Counted from the stretch's first letter, positions 49,404 to 63,741 are shown. The stretch is 64,000 nt of DNA from Paraspadella gotoi (GCA_051294375.1 CM119265.1:24859605-24923604), one strand, 5' to 3'. The notes: generated from the sequence alone by a model not told the origin. Translations and numbers: made by a program.

Positions 49404-52400
49404 ATGGATAAACTCTTGGCGGCCAATGGGCAAACGCCCACCCTGGATTGGGCGACTGGGATTCAACCCCTGCTCGCCACAACCTTTTCCGCCTTCAACA
49501 AAAATGACGTTCCTGAAATCGCCAAGAACATCGTCAAAAGGTTAATAAACGAATGACAAAATTTATATTTTATTGAAACATTTAATCGCATCTCTATACT
49601 AATTTACAGTGAAGGGGCGCTGCTCTCTTCGGACAAGGATCACGAACCCTTTTGCTCGTCGGTGGTGGCGTTGGCGAGCCATTACTTAGGAGCTGCGGCG
49701 CCGACGCTGCCCAAGTCTCACCTCAGCGTGGTGACCGCCGCGTCAAAAGTGCTTCTCCGATACTTGCTGGCCAATCTGGACTCGTCCCCAGAACACCGGG
49801 TTCTCTCTCAAGTTGGTTCTCGTTTTTTTTGGTTTTTTTTTTATTTCTGTCGACCAAAAATTGATTCTTTTGCTTTATAGTACGTTTAATTTACATCTAC
49901 AAATATATTATTTCCTATTCTCCTCTCCTCCCTTTTCCTTCTCCCCTTTTAGTCGCAGATCCTTCAACTGATCCGATGTCTCTGCCGCGGGACCCTCGGC
50001 CTCCATCGAAACGACGTCGCCTTCTTCGTCTCTCGCCTCAAATCCGAAGACCTCAAAGTTCCGGGTTTTTGCCGCGTGCCTCGGGCGCCGGAAGTCGCCG
50101 CGGGTGAGGGCCACTGAGAGGCAGTTATGTTTATTAGTTGAACACTTTGCTCCCCTGGTTTTTGTAGCCCATGGCGATTTCAGTTTCATAAACTTGCCAA
50201 TAAATTTGGTCAATTTTCTCTTGATTTAAAATTATTTTTTTTTTGTCCTTTGACGCCTACTGCCTCCTTTTCCTCAGATTCCTCTGCGTCGAAGGACAAG
50301 GAGAACGCGAATCCAGCGACCAACGCCGACGTGTCGTCGCCTCCACCGCAGGCGTCGAAACGCCCTCGCCTCGGCGACACAACCATCAATCTGTTCGAGC
50401 AGCTCACTTCCGTTTTTCACGAGGTCATCGCCAGTGGCTCTGGTGCCGGCTCCGCGACCCACCTCCCGCTGCGGTCTATTTATGCCTCACTCACTGACAA
50501 CGCCACCGCCGCCGCAGCGGTTTCCGGTAGTTAGAACCTTAGCAACCGTTTTTAAGTGGAATATGTCCCCTTTTCAGTCTGACCAATTTTTGGAGCGATG
50601 GTTGGAGTATGTAACTGTAATTGCTCTCAATTCTTAGTAACCACTGCTACCTAAAAAAATAAAAAAAAAAAAAATAACAACAACCTTTTGCCTCTAGCCC
50701 CGGCGCCTCCCGCGTCGACGACCTCCACTTCCCCGTCGACGGGCTCCTTGTGGACGACGACATCGGGATCCCTGTCGCATCAACCGCCGGCGTTCGTGGG
50801 GCATCTGGTAGCGGATCCCCAGGAGGAGATGAGGATGCTGTTCGCACACAAAAACCTGGCGTCCTTCAAGGCGCTGAGAGGTCGAGAAATTCTGTTGGAG
50901 ACGTGCTACGCGCTCCCGTGCATCGTCCGCTACGTGGTAAAGCACGAGGAGGTCATGCTGGGGAGCGACTTGGCTCTTCCCGGCAACGGAGTGTGCCTTC
51001 CGGTCTCTCCGCAAGAGGCCGCCGTCATCAAGGCCACGTGAGTTTAAACGATGGGTGTTTCTTTTCTCGTTTTTGAATAAGTTTTATTTGCAAGTAGTTT
51101 TAAAATTTATTATATTTCCTCTTTTGTCCAAGACTTCCCGCTTTGCTGGCTGACGTTTGCGTCGTCTACCGCGCTTTTCAACTTCCGGTCCTGGAGCCGT
51201 TAACGCCGGCGCGGTTGCAGAAGGTGACGGGGGTGACGATGGCGTGCCTCCACGCCGCCCTCAACGTCGTCGCCGCCGTCGAATCCTTTCCAGCCGTCGG
51301 ATCCAACAGCTCGAAAACCTGTAAGGAAGAGTGCAATTAGTCGAGCTAAAGGATTTCAAGGAATTTTTTCAATGTGCATTGCCCGCCTTGCCAGCCGCTT
51401 CACAACCGTTGTCGACGACTCCCTTACCAGCAAGCTCATCTGCCTCCGGCGCTCCGCTCGCCCAGAGATCCAAATCCGTGCCCGATCCGAAGAACTTGCA
51501 AGGCGGTTGGTTATTTTAACCGTCGTTAGTGTTGTTTCAAAACTAATTGAATTGAATTAGGTTAACATTTTTTCAGTACCGTCCCTGATCGACGAGACAG
51601 ACGCGCAACAATTGGCGACGGCCGTCGTCCATCGATGCCTCGACGTCTTTAATCTGGCGGCGGAGGCCATCAAGTCATCGAGTCGCGCCGGCGGTCACGT
51701 GAGTCCTCCCTTCCCCTTTTGTCACAACAACAACTACAAAAAACAACTCACCCCACCCCCATTCTTCTTGTCTTCATCAGGTGTTTCAAAACACTCTGCT
51801 AATCGGGTCTTGGACCCTCCTCTCCGGGCTAAAGGTCATGCTGTCCCTTTCCAACGCCGCCCTCGCCGACGGCCCGGCCAAGACGCAACCGAGAAAGCAT
51901 CTCTCGACCTCCGATGCGCCCGATTCTTTGCAATTGAGTCCGCTGCCCATCTTGGGCCAGCGCCCGTCCTCGTCCTCGATTCATTCAGGTTTTTTTTTTA
52001 TTTCGTCAAACTCTAAGCGACAACCCGTTGGTTTTTTATTCTTTTTGACATGGCAGAGCGGTCGACGCTGAACTCCGGCGCGACATCTCACATGACGGCG
52101 TCGCTAGTGACGTTCGCTTTAAATCAGTTGGCCGTGCTAATGAGCGATCTGGAGCTCGAGACGGACGGAGACTCTCCTCTCTTTGCCGATACAGACTGGT
52201 GAGCACGAGCTCCTTAAATATTCATTCGTCCGTTTCTAAAAGTCAACCAATGTATCGTTCTCAGGTATTCTCCCCCGGAGAGCGTTGAAATGATCGCAGC
52301 TCTCCCCACCGACCTTTTGACGACCTACACGGCGCGTCAACGATTTTCGATCCTCAAGCACGGATGCCGAATGCCGCGACTCTTGCTCGGCTTCGTCTTC

Positions 52401-55400
52401 TGGGCTTTCAAAAGAGCCTCCGCCATCGCCAGGCTTAAACTCGCCCCGCGTGGGTAAGGTTTCAACGTTTACCGTCTATATTTTAAAATGATTTCGTACA
52501 TTTATTTTGTTCTTAAAATTTTCTAGCAACCAAGGCGGCGAGGGTGATGGCAACTCGAGTACCACTTCCGATTCCAACACTTACTACGAAGACGACTTCA
52601 GCAGCAGCGAGGACAGCAGCGGTAACAGACGCGGCAGCAGAAAAAAAAATATCATTTAATTTATTTTTCTCACGAAAATTCAAATCATTTCATTCACGTA
52701 TTTCAACGAAACAAACTTTTTTATGCTACGACAAAAAAAAAACATAAATAAATCGGGAATAAGTATCGAAATTGGAAAAACACTCAATTTTCTCCACGCA
52801 ACATCTTCAGCCCTTGTTGAGAATTTATGAATTAGTCTCAGTCCTCTTCCCCTTTATCTCCTTCCTCCTCGTCTCTTTCCTTGGAGGACGGCTTCACCGC
52901 CTCCAACAGCGCGTCGTCGTGAGCGTCGAAAAGAACGTCATCCACTTGAATTTCATATTCGAAATATTAATCGTTAATGTACGAGATCGATGGAGAGTCC
53001 CTTCAACAACCTGCGGAAGTATTGACGCCCACTACGGCGGCGTTGCTGCAGCCCGTCATCGAATCGTCCATGGAAGTCTCCAGCAGCTTTGGAGGGGAAG
53101 TGGGATGAAAGATATACGGCTCGTTCTCTCTTTCTTTTCCTCCCCTGACCTGATCTCTCGAGACGACGCTGCCGTTGAGCTGGCTCCGTTCCGGATTATC
53201 CTCTTCTTCCTCCTCAGCGCGGTATCGCTTCCCGCTCTTCGTTCCCCATAGATTCGCATTGGTCACTTTTCGCAAGAGACTCTGATTCTTGGTCGGAGTC
53301 GAGAGCGGGCTGCTCGTCACGAACTTGGCGTCGTGCCCTGTGATAATCCATTGTTGTCACTTGATTATTAGAGTGGTGAAGGGATGGGAGCTTCGCGGCA
53401 GTTTTCGCTCGACCTTTTAGGATCAACGGTCGGGTGACCAATCCCTGGGGCGGGTCTTTTGTTCCCGGTTCCGGCGATTTCTTCTTTTCCGCGTTGTTGT
53501 TCTTTGTTTTTGTTGTTTAGGGCCAAAAGAGTATCAATTCAGAAGAAAATAAATGACTAGTTTTATTTTTAAATATTTTAAAAATTGAAACTGCCTCTTC
53601 CTAGTTGCTTTAGGCTCAGCGATTGTTTTAACATTCAACCTTCTCCAATTTCTCCTGACCAATTCTCACTCTATTGACGTAAGATCCGGGTTGAGATCTC
53701 GGCGCACCCGGCTCGTAAACGAAGTTTCCTCTTCGGACGAGACCGAAACACGGGATGATGAAAAGCGTCAGCGCCGCCAGGTGGAACGATGTCAGCACGA
53801 CGAGGATCGTCATGGTTGCCAGGCCGTAGTCGAACCCGCGCCATCCGAGCGGAAAGTGGGGGCACACCCCGTTTTCTTCGGGCTAATTCGCGGAGAGGGT
53901 GCCGGATTGGGACGGGGGATGAGTATTTTTAAAGAAATTTTACCCTCGCCGACCCTTACTTTAACATTCTGGTTTTGCATCTTGAGCCATGCATCCCGTT
54001 TGACTGAAAAGAAATTCAGGATGGCAGGAGAATTGAAAAGAAAAGGTCTCGGCGGTCTTTATTTTTAGTCACACCTATGACGTGCTCCGATTGGTTTCCG
54101 TCCATCACTCCGTTCGTTCCGATCGCGTTGGTTAGATTAATGAGCGAATCGCTAAAGTCCTGCGCCTCCTTGAGTTTCTCGTCTTCTCTGTCGGTCACCG
54201 TCGTCTTCGCCGTCGAATTCGACTCGTTGCTCGTCATCCACGGCATCGACGTCCCGTAAAGAAGCCAGTAGCCGAACATGAACACGCTCGCCGTCATGAA
54301 GACGAGACCCCAGAGATGATATAAAGTCTCAAGACGACCTACGGTGCAGCAGAGCCTGCGAGGAAGGATCATTGGAGATAGATAATTATATATCATATTG
54401 AGACGTCTGTTTACTTTTTACCTGTACTTTTCGCACAGAGTCATCACCCCCAAATTGAATAGAATCGAAATGAATAAAACAATGATGACGAACGTCGCCG
54501 TCGTCGGTCTGTCGCACGAAGTACCGTCCGCAGTGACTGAGATTTTGATTGTTGAAATTTTGGTCAATTTGCTTTATTCAATAAGAGTGTCGTGCTTTAT
54601 AATCAAACCCGGCGTCTCGGTGCACAAGAGCGTGCAAATGATGCCGATGGTGCACAGAATAAAAATAGCCAGTTTGAGAAAGAAGACGAAGTTGAGTTGC
54701 CAGGTTGGTCTATCCATCATCGAATGCGGGCACGTCGTTGGCATCGTCGTCGCTATCGTCGGGCAATCGGCACTAGTTGTTGAAATTTTAAAACCTCGAT
54801 TTTAGTTAAAATATAGTCGAATAATCGTAATTATGTGCTCTTCTACTCGTGTTGCCACTCTTTGGTCGGATGACGGCTGTGGTTGACGTAAGGAGTGCCG
54901 TGGTCCATATCGCGACTACGGTCGAGACTGCGATCAAAACTTTGATCCAGACTCCGATCTAGACTTCCATCCTCGGTTTCGCTCTTTTGTCCCTAAAACG
55001 ATTTTTTTTCTCAATCGGAAATCGGCTTTAACAATAAAACGTACGTCGTGTCATCTTTTATCTAAGGAGATGAATTAGACTCTAGACCTCGATCTTCTTG
55101 TCAAAGTGCCACTCCTCCATTTCCCGCGCCACGCTGTCGTCGTGCAACTCTTGCAAAAAAGGCGAATCGTTGCCACCGCTCAAGAGTTTATTTTTAAACT
55201 CCACGTAGTGACTGAACATTTGTCGGTCGGGACCGGATTTTTTTTTTATTGGGCGCCGATCTTTCGTTCCATTCGCGAACTAAAGGCGATAAACTTTGTT
55301 TTTAAAGTCACCGTTTGGCGTCGATTTCGTTGCTTTGCTTAAGCGTAATGGGCTGCGAGCGCCGGTCATGCTTGATGTCAGAGAGAATGACTTTTTGAGA

Positions 55401-58400
55401 TATAAGGGTAAATTCAACACATTCGCTTATTCATTCATTCATTCTTTGTTAGAGGGAGATTGTTGTGGGCAATGCCGGCGGGCTGTTGAATTGTTTCTCA
55501 AATCAATTTGGTAATCCCTCTTAGACGACGACGAACCCATCCTGGGTCAGTGGATCACCTCCACCCTCGCGACGGCGTCTCCGCCCTCCACTTCCGGTTC
55601 GCGTCGTCGTCGTCGGGCGGGGAAATCAGCGATGGCGGCGACGGCGGAGGAGAGCGAGGACGATGCTATGGATCTCGACGTAGACGATCGATTGGACGGT
55701 GAGAGAGAGAGAGAGAGAGAGAGCGAGCTAGCGCCGAGTAGTCATTAGATTAAATTATCAAATTCCCTTATCCATTTTCTTTTTTTTCCTCCCAATTTTT
55801 TTGTACTCTTTACTTTTTGTAACACACTTCACCTGTTATGGGGCATACCTTTATCCTTTCTTTTCAGAAATCAATATTGTTCCTTGGTAAATTTGTTTCC
55901 TCATTTAACCCCTTTCAACGTCCACCGTCTAAAGGCCCCGTTCACGACGCCCTGATGACGGCGCTGTTTGAAGGCGACGCCGACAACGACGCTTTCGCGC
56001 CGGGCGCCCTGACTCTGGCGCGCGGAACTCGCGAGCAGATCGCCGGCCTCGTTTACCTCGCGGCCGAGACGCTCAACTTTGTGGAGACGCGCTTCGTGTC
56101 TAGTCAGCAGCCCGACGTGAAAAGATGCTTGAGGTGAGAACTGCTTGGTGGTGATATATTTGCATTGATGGAAAACTATCAGTGATATATGTCCTCTCAC
56201 GTCCATCAGCGAGGCTCTCGGTGACGAAGAACTCGCCTCTCTCGCTTTCATCATCCGCGAGATGGACGGCGACGCGAGCTTGGCCACTCTGGCCTCCTCC
56301 CAAACATCCGCCTCTCCCGGGGCGAGTCTCTTTGCCTCTGTGACTTTCTCCCCGTCACTCGCGCCATCTTCGCCGACGACGGGTTCCCCCCCGCGTCCCG
56401 CCCTCCCGCCTTTTCAGACTTTCTCCGTGGCGTTGTCGAGGTTTACCCACGGCCTCGTCGCCACGCAGCTGTTGGACCACAACAAGCAGGTGATTGACTA
56501 CTCGACTTTCCGTGTCATAAAAAAGGATATGGCGTGAGCTGATATTCACTCCCACCGCCTTCCTCCTTCCTCAACCAAAACCAGGATCGCCTCCTCTACG
56601 AATTAAACATCTCCCCCGTCTCGGTCGATCCTTGGCCGTTGAGCGTGCCGCCGCGTACATTGGGCGTTCTTGCCCAAGTGCTGCTGTTGCGCCTTCAGCC
56701 CGGCGCAGCGGCGCCGCAACAGCGTTCAACGCACTCGGCCGGAGCCGTAGACCCGCTCTCCGGGGATTCGGTTGCGCCTCTCGACTCTTCCGCCCTCGGG
56801 GCGCAGTTGCCGACTCCCTCCGCAAGTATGGGACTCAAATCTTCAGCAGGTACAGTAGACGTAAAAAATGGTTTCCTTCGGTGGTGGACTCTGTGAAAGA
56901 TAGTTTTCTCAAACTTTCTGTCGATATTGTGGCGACTTTTGTAGCGAGATATCTCGTTTTTAATATTTTTCGTTTCGCCTTTAGTAATTGTTAAGAGTTT
57001 CGCGCAACCTTTTTCCACTTCGCTACGAACAGAGGCGGCCATTGTCAACATCTGGGTCCGCCTCCTCAACACCTTGAAGCGCGACATCTTGACGGCGCGA
57101 ACAGACGCAGACGACGTCAACGTCGAGCATGCCCAGTTGCTCCTCTTTCTCTTTCACACTTTGCCGCTCATGCAGAAAAAATCGTTGCTGCTTCAGTTGG
57201 CCAGGGTGAGGAGAAAGACTTTAATTATAAAAATAAGTTGATAGGAGACTGAGGATTATATTCACTTGAAATTTCCCCCTCTCCAGACGATCATCACCGT
57301 TGTCGACGGTCCGCCCTCCGTCGCCTCCGTTTCCAAAACTCGCCTGGGCCACGCCCTCGAATACTTGAGTCCGCTGCCTTTGACGCGACTCTTGCTCGTG
57401 TTCGAGTACCTTTTGCACAACTTCTACGATCCGCCGGCGATGCTCTTCGAACAAGTCACTTGGAATCTGTTCACTTCTTTCGTTCTGCCCTCGTCAACCC
57501 CTGGTGAGTAGCGGCAAACATTTCTGAAAGAAGATGAATTTTGTTTGTTTTATCTCTGCGGTCCTCGTCCAATCTGCGTCCTTCTTGTATTGATATTTTC
57601 TAATTCTCATAATTGGATGATGGTAAGATTTTTATCTTTTACAACTTCCCTCCAAAGGTGGCGCCGAATTGGGCTTGACAGTCCCCGCAGAAACCGCCGG
57701 CGTCTCGGAGGTTGTGGGGGGCACCGCCAACGGCAATTCGACATCGAATCAGCCGACTTTGATTCAAGGATCAAGAGACACTCGTCTTTACTTTCCCTGC
57801 GAAGAAGTTGAAGATCCGTTTCAGGTGTCAATCGTTCAACCATATGGGTTTTAGTTCAATGCTTATTTTGTTATTGTTTGAAACCTTGTCTGTTCTCTTT
57901 ATTCATTGGCTTTTTTTCCACCTTACTTTGCTCATCATTTCCTTCCTTTCTCCCCAACCCCCTCGAAACCCCCAGAAATCTTCTCCGCCCTCTTCCTCGT
58001 CGTCTACATTCAAACCGCGTTTCTACGGCCTTGGTCCCTCGACTGACCCGAGTCCTCGAGAGCCGGCCAAAGTTGACGGTTTGGCCTGCGCCTTTCTCGT
58101 CGGCGCCCAAGAGGCGCTCAACTACAATCACTTCTACGACTGCGCCGTGGCGACGCTAAGTGCCGGCACCGCCTTGGACCTCGTGTCTACGTCGGCGTTG
58201 GACCGCGGCGCCAGGCATTATCACTTTCTCGTCGCGTGGCGATTGCTGGGGGCGTTGCCTCCATCGCCCAAGTATCTCGGTAGGTGACGTGATTGAGAGA
58301 CTGCATAAGTCGTTTTTCTTTCTTGGCGTAAAATGAGTAAGATACTTTTCAATTTAGTCAATTTTCCCTGGTTGCGTTTAACTTTAAGCTTAGATACTAG

Positions 58401-61400
58401 AGCTTCTAAATGTCTTGCCTCTCTTCTCTGTACAAAAGATTTGAAAAAATATGGAAATGTTGAGTCTCTTTCGTCATCTTTCTCTCTCCCTCGTTCTCTC
58501 TCTCTCTCTCTCTCTGAATTACATAAAATATTTTATTGATCAAAACGAATTGAATCAGAATCGGGAAAATTTATTTCTTAACACCAAAAAATACCAGAAT
58601 TAACACACACAAAAAAGTAACTCTTTGAAAAACTAAATATTCAAATTTATACAGAAAACAGAAATGGAAAGTTTAAAATTGTGGAGAAAAAAATGTTGAT
58701 GTTTTTTTTGGGGTTCAAATCTAAAACTGAAATTTAACTAAGTGGATTGTCTTAAATTTTCAGTTCTTCCTCTTCCTACCTCTAACTCCACCCTCATTTT
58801 CTTCCCCTCTTCCTATCCCCCAATCCTTCCTCTACCGTTTATCTATAATTCCATATTCCATCCTCCCAAATTCGCCCATATCAAATTATCCATCTAACAG
58901 GCTCTTCAAATCCTTCCCGTTTAACCCTGAAACGCATTTGGTATTAACCATGATCCTCCAATTTTGAAGTAATCCTCCGCGCTTTAAATGTACGGCCAGG
59001 CTTTTCTGCTTAAAGTGACACCATCCGCCGGCCCTCCAGTGTTCCACCCCTTCTAGCCGGGTCACGTTTAGCCCTAAATGACCCGAGGCTACGAGACCCG
59101 TCACGTAAACATCGTCCAGTTTGAAGTAGGGGACATTAGTCGTGGCGGCGGCGACGGCGACGGCCGCTTCCATCGAATAAAGGACGGCGAAACCGAAACA
59201 GAATCGCGGGTAGCGATCGGAAGGGAATTCATTTCTGCTGACGAACCACTTGGAGTGTCGTTTGCGGTTGGGGGAACCGTCCATGTATTTGCAGCCGATG
59301 TAGGGGCCATGGGAGGAGAGGTTGCGCTGTTGCTGGGAGGAGAGGGATTAGGAATTGTTTGGATTCGTAATTGGTCGATTGGTTTGAAAAAGTTAAGATC
59401 GTTAATATTAAACATTAATACCTCTCTCTCTCAGTATTTTTTTAAATTAGGTAGAATGAAACGAGTTACATCCCTGGAATGAGCCGCTTCAGAAGAAATT
59501 ATTTTTATTCTTAACTCATTACATTATTATACCATTTTATTACCTCTTGGGTAATTACGTCGAGATGATATTTAATTTTGTCAACATTAACAATGACGTC
59601 GTCGTCGACTTTAAAGATAAATTCCGCGTTGTGGCAAAACTCTGCGATCCACTTAAGGCCACCAACGGCTTTGTGGGTCATGTTGTAATAGGAGTCAATG
59701 AAATCCTCCTGAAAGAAGTTATTTTCATTAAAATTAATTTCGATTTACGTTAAGAATTTTTTTACATCCACATTCCTTATGCTGACTGATTTTTATAAAT
59801 TCAAGACCAGCAGTTCTTTCACCAAAGCTTCCTTTAGAAACTTTACTTTAGCCATAAGCCCCCCCAAAAAACAATTTGTTTGCATTATCCGCTCAAGTCG
59901 TCAGGGGCTTATCAATTTTATGCACTTTCCCCAACCTGCAATATATCCCCGTGCCATCGACTCTCACTCCTCAGATGATCATTGATTGCCTTGTCTTTGC
60001 TTCTCCCAACCACAAAGACCCGCGGCGCAGAGTCAAAGATTTCCGATGCACGCGCCGCCCACGTGGCTCGGATGACGTCCCGCCTCTTCGCCGCGTCGGG
60101 TCGCGAGTGAACGAGAAAGACGACGGGTACGCTTTCGTGGGTGACGCAGAGAAGTGGGTTGCTTAGCATCGTGCGGAATTCGTGCGGGTTGCAATTGTCG
60201 CAGCGGAGTGGGCGGATGAAAGGGGAAAGTTTGTGGGATGGATGTACAGACTGATTTACTGATGGTTCTACGTATTTCATAGTCGTATCTGTCGTCTTAA
60301 GTGATTCGAAAGACGATTTTGTAGATGATTTTATAGATAGCTCGGCGGACAGTTTTGCCGATGGTTCAGCGGGATCGGCCGATGGTCTTGTAGATGGAGC
60401 GGCCAAAAGTTTTTCAGATGACTGAGCCGGCAGTTTTGTAGAGGATTCGTTAGACTGTTTTGAAGATGATTCAGACGACAGTTGGCTTGGCTTGGGAGAT
60501 GGCTTGGCCAACAGTTTTGTAGATTGTTCTAGCGCGCGCCTTGCCGATGATCTTATAAAAAGTTTATTGGTTGTTTCAATTCTCTGTCTTTGAGTTAATT
60601 TGACAGACGCTTCCAATGATCTCTTAAAGGATTGTCTTTCTTGTGATTGTACCGATGTATTCACGGATCTCCGGGCGGATTGTCTTGTAGATAACATGGA
60701 TTTTCGATTAAAAAATGAAGCAATATGTGACTTGAAAGGATTTTTGTTTCCAAAAGAAAAATTTGTGACTTGAACAACCCTTGACAAGAAATAATATAAT
60801 TTTTATATTGGTTGTACCAATTTCATATAAGAAGGCAAATGAAATTACATTTTGACCAAACCCCTTTGTAAAACCGACCTCTTTCGATCCACGAGATTTC
60901 TTACGACGATAATAACAACGAAAACAAAAACGACGACCATAATCCATCCTCTTCGACGTTTCCGCATCGTGAGATTGAGAGAGATTGCGCTTAACACTCA
61001 GCCAGACAGAGACCGAGACAGTACAAGACATTTTTAGAAATCAAAAGAAGTTGGAAAAAAGATGGAAAGGAAGGTAGTTAGATCAGTAAAGAATCGTTTA
61101 AGCAGAAAAAAGTAAATTGATATTACAACGATTACTTTGGCTCTACTCTTTCAAAAAAAGGAATAATTAAATTAATTATATAATATTGGAATAATCGAAT
61201 TGTGATATAATATTAATAATGGAATAGTCATGTAATAATGGAATCTTCATAAAAATGTTCAATGCAATCATTATGCAATCACAATTATGGAATCTTTATG
61301 CAATATGCAATTATCAAATGGGATCTTTATGCAACAATAGAATCCTTAAACAATGACATCGTCATCGTATCCAATTTTATCAATCAAGACGTTTTATTTC

Positions 61401-63690
61401 TTTGTTTTTACTTCAGCCATGTTGGAAAATCAAACGATCGCGATGCCCGACTCCTACATCATGCACACTCTGCGATGGGCGCCCCGTTTGGCATCTGTCG
61501 CTCGCGGTGACGGGAAAACGCAAAACGTCGCCGCCAACGCCAATCAGGTTTCGTGGAGTTTTCCAATCTATTTTTTATAGCCGCTAAATCGTGCGTTGGA
61601 AAATTAAATGGGTATATCTGTGCTCAGAGTTGCTTCGCCGCATGGGCCAAGGATTGGCTCGTCAAACACGGAATGACTTCGCAAAAGGCCGATGCTCTCT
61701 TGTTCCGCGTCGGCGAACGCGTCGCCTCCGTCAATTTTAACGTCAATTTGGCGCAACACTTCTTCATCGAAATTCTAGCAAAGGTGGGGATGGGGAAGAC
61801 TATATCTGAACCTAAACATATATAGCATTAAGCTCATAATCATAGGAACGTAAAATTGTGAAAAAGAAAAGGAGATTATAATTATATATATTTCGATTTC
61901 TATTTCTTCGCCCAGACACATACGGTTCGATCGGACGAGATCCTTCCCTTGTCGGGGATTCCTTCGTTGGCCACGGTCTCCCTGATGGACGCCGTCGTCG
62001 CAAAAGCGCAAATGGCCCTGGATCAATCATTTCCCGCCAACGGCGAGGCCGCCTCGGAAACAGACAATCCCGCTCAAATGGCCCAGGTAGACAAATGGAC
62101 AACAACATCGACTAATGACAATGATTAACGTCACATCTACGTTGTCTCCCGTTTTCCACTACCCCTGCAGGACTTGCTGCCCCCGGTGTTCGCTCTTGTG
62201 AGCCAGTTCGTGGTCTACGCCAAGTCGTGCCTCTTGGGCCGCCTCGAGTCTTCGGAGGGAAAGCCCTTTGACGCAGAGACGCTGAAAGCGCTGGGGATGG
62301 CGCTCTCCGTCGCCTCGACTCGCGCGCCGGCCAAAGTCTCGTCGTTGGGAATCTCTGTCATAAGTAAAAAGAATGAAGGGATTGGGAAGACTGGAACGTT
62401 TTTAACTTTTCCATTTAATTCGTGACGGAGGGGACTTGACTCAATCCATCCGCTTTTGTTTTATTTCCAGGTTGGCTCCCCTCCTGCGTCCGTTCAGCGC
62501 TCGAATTGTGGAACTCGAATGCCGGCCTCGGTTCCGCCCCGCAGGCTTTCCCTGCCGCCGGTGCATGGCGCAATCCCACCACCGCATCCGCCGTACTTTC
62601 CCCGCACGAGACTTACCTCGACGACGTGCTTTTCGCGCACATCAGGTAGATTCTTTCTCTCTTTTTTCAAAAATTGACTTTTTCGAAAAAACTTTCACTG
62701 GAATTTTACCCTCAGATCCTTATCCAACGAACCATCCTCCTCATCCTCTCACGACGGCCTCCGCCACGTCCTCCATTCTCTCGTCCGCCTCTCGGGCGAC
62801 CTGGTCGAACTCGCCGCCCGCGACGACCTTGAGGCGGCTGAGGAGTCTCTCCGAGTGCTGCTCCCGCTGGTGCTCGACGCCACCACCGAGGGCCTCGTCG
62901 ATTTCTCGCTCTCGACGCTGGAACGCGTGTTGGGCTCGGCGGAGAGCGACCCTTTTGCCGAGCGCCTTTATTTCCGCCTGGTCTCGCGATGCCATGACGT
63001 TTCGACGCTCTTCCAGGATCGCGCCGCCGTCGCTGCCACCCGCCAACGTGAAGTCACCACCGACGACCCGACCGACGGTCTCGACGAACGAGTTCTTCAT
63101 GAGATCTTCAAGTTTCTCGAGAGCAACGCCGACCGCGCGCCGTTGCAGTCCGCTTTGGCGCGGTTCTATGCCGATCGGGTGACGGATGACGTCGGCTCGC
63201 GAAGGAGGGGCAGCGACGTCGAAAAAGCCGACCTCGTCGACGCCCTCCTTTCAGCCGGAAACGAAAACCTTTCGCCCGCTTACGCCGGAAAAGTCCTAAA
63301 GTTCTTCAACCGGTTGTTTCAATTGGCGCAGGAGAGGTGTCCCGGTGCCGGTTGGACCGGGGGCCCTGTCGAAGCTGCCGTCGCTTCCGAGGATCCCTCA
63401 CCGCCGCCCCCGCCTCTGCCTCTCGCCGACGCGCCGCCGCCCATTCTATTGCCGCCTATCCTGGCATCGCCGCCGATGTTGGCCGCTCCGCCGCCGCCCG
63501 CCGTTCACCCGCTGATCCAGCTTACTTCCTCTTTAACGCGGCTGGCGCGGTTGGAACTGACGGCGCTGACGGATCTGCTGTCGGTGCTGCTGCTGGGGAA
63601 AAAGATCCGCCTCGGCGACGACGACGAAGACGAGAGTCCTACGCAAGAGATGTTTTCTTCCGTCGCCTCGTCCTTTGACGTCAAAAGCGC

Positions 63691-63691
<1 letters not shown>
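49404..63691 (+). CDS. UBR4: E3 ubiquitin ligase UBR4 (p600/Poe), 5' part; continues beyond the window
   Basis: [17 protein letters not shown]...[97 protein letters not shown] and [12 protein letters not shown] match conserved N-terminal blocks of UBR4. Many short GT-AG introns. Confidence 0.93.
53214..55219 (-). CDS. Nested antisense gene encoding a 4-TM membrane protein (possibly TMEM272-like)
   Basis: Exons ~54774-54610, 54535-54422, 54353-54074, 54003-53960 and 53883-53670 join in frame and give four hydrophobic helices with Cys in both luminal loops. Candidate start MFSHYVEF at 55219. The terminal exons are uncertain. Confidence 0.6.
58886..60967 (-). CDS. Nested antisense GT31 beta-1,3-galactosyltransferase-like gene
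   Basis: Type II anchor [21 protein letters not shown] and Ser/Thr/Pro stem, then [37 protein letters not shown] (DxD), SKWFVS, YPRFCFG and DDVYVTG, which are B3GALT1/5-type motifs. Confidence 0.88.
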
Positions 63692-63741
<50 letters not shown>

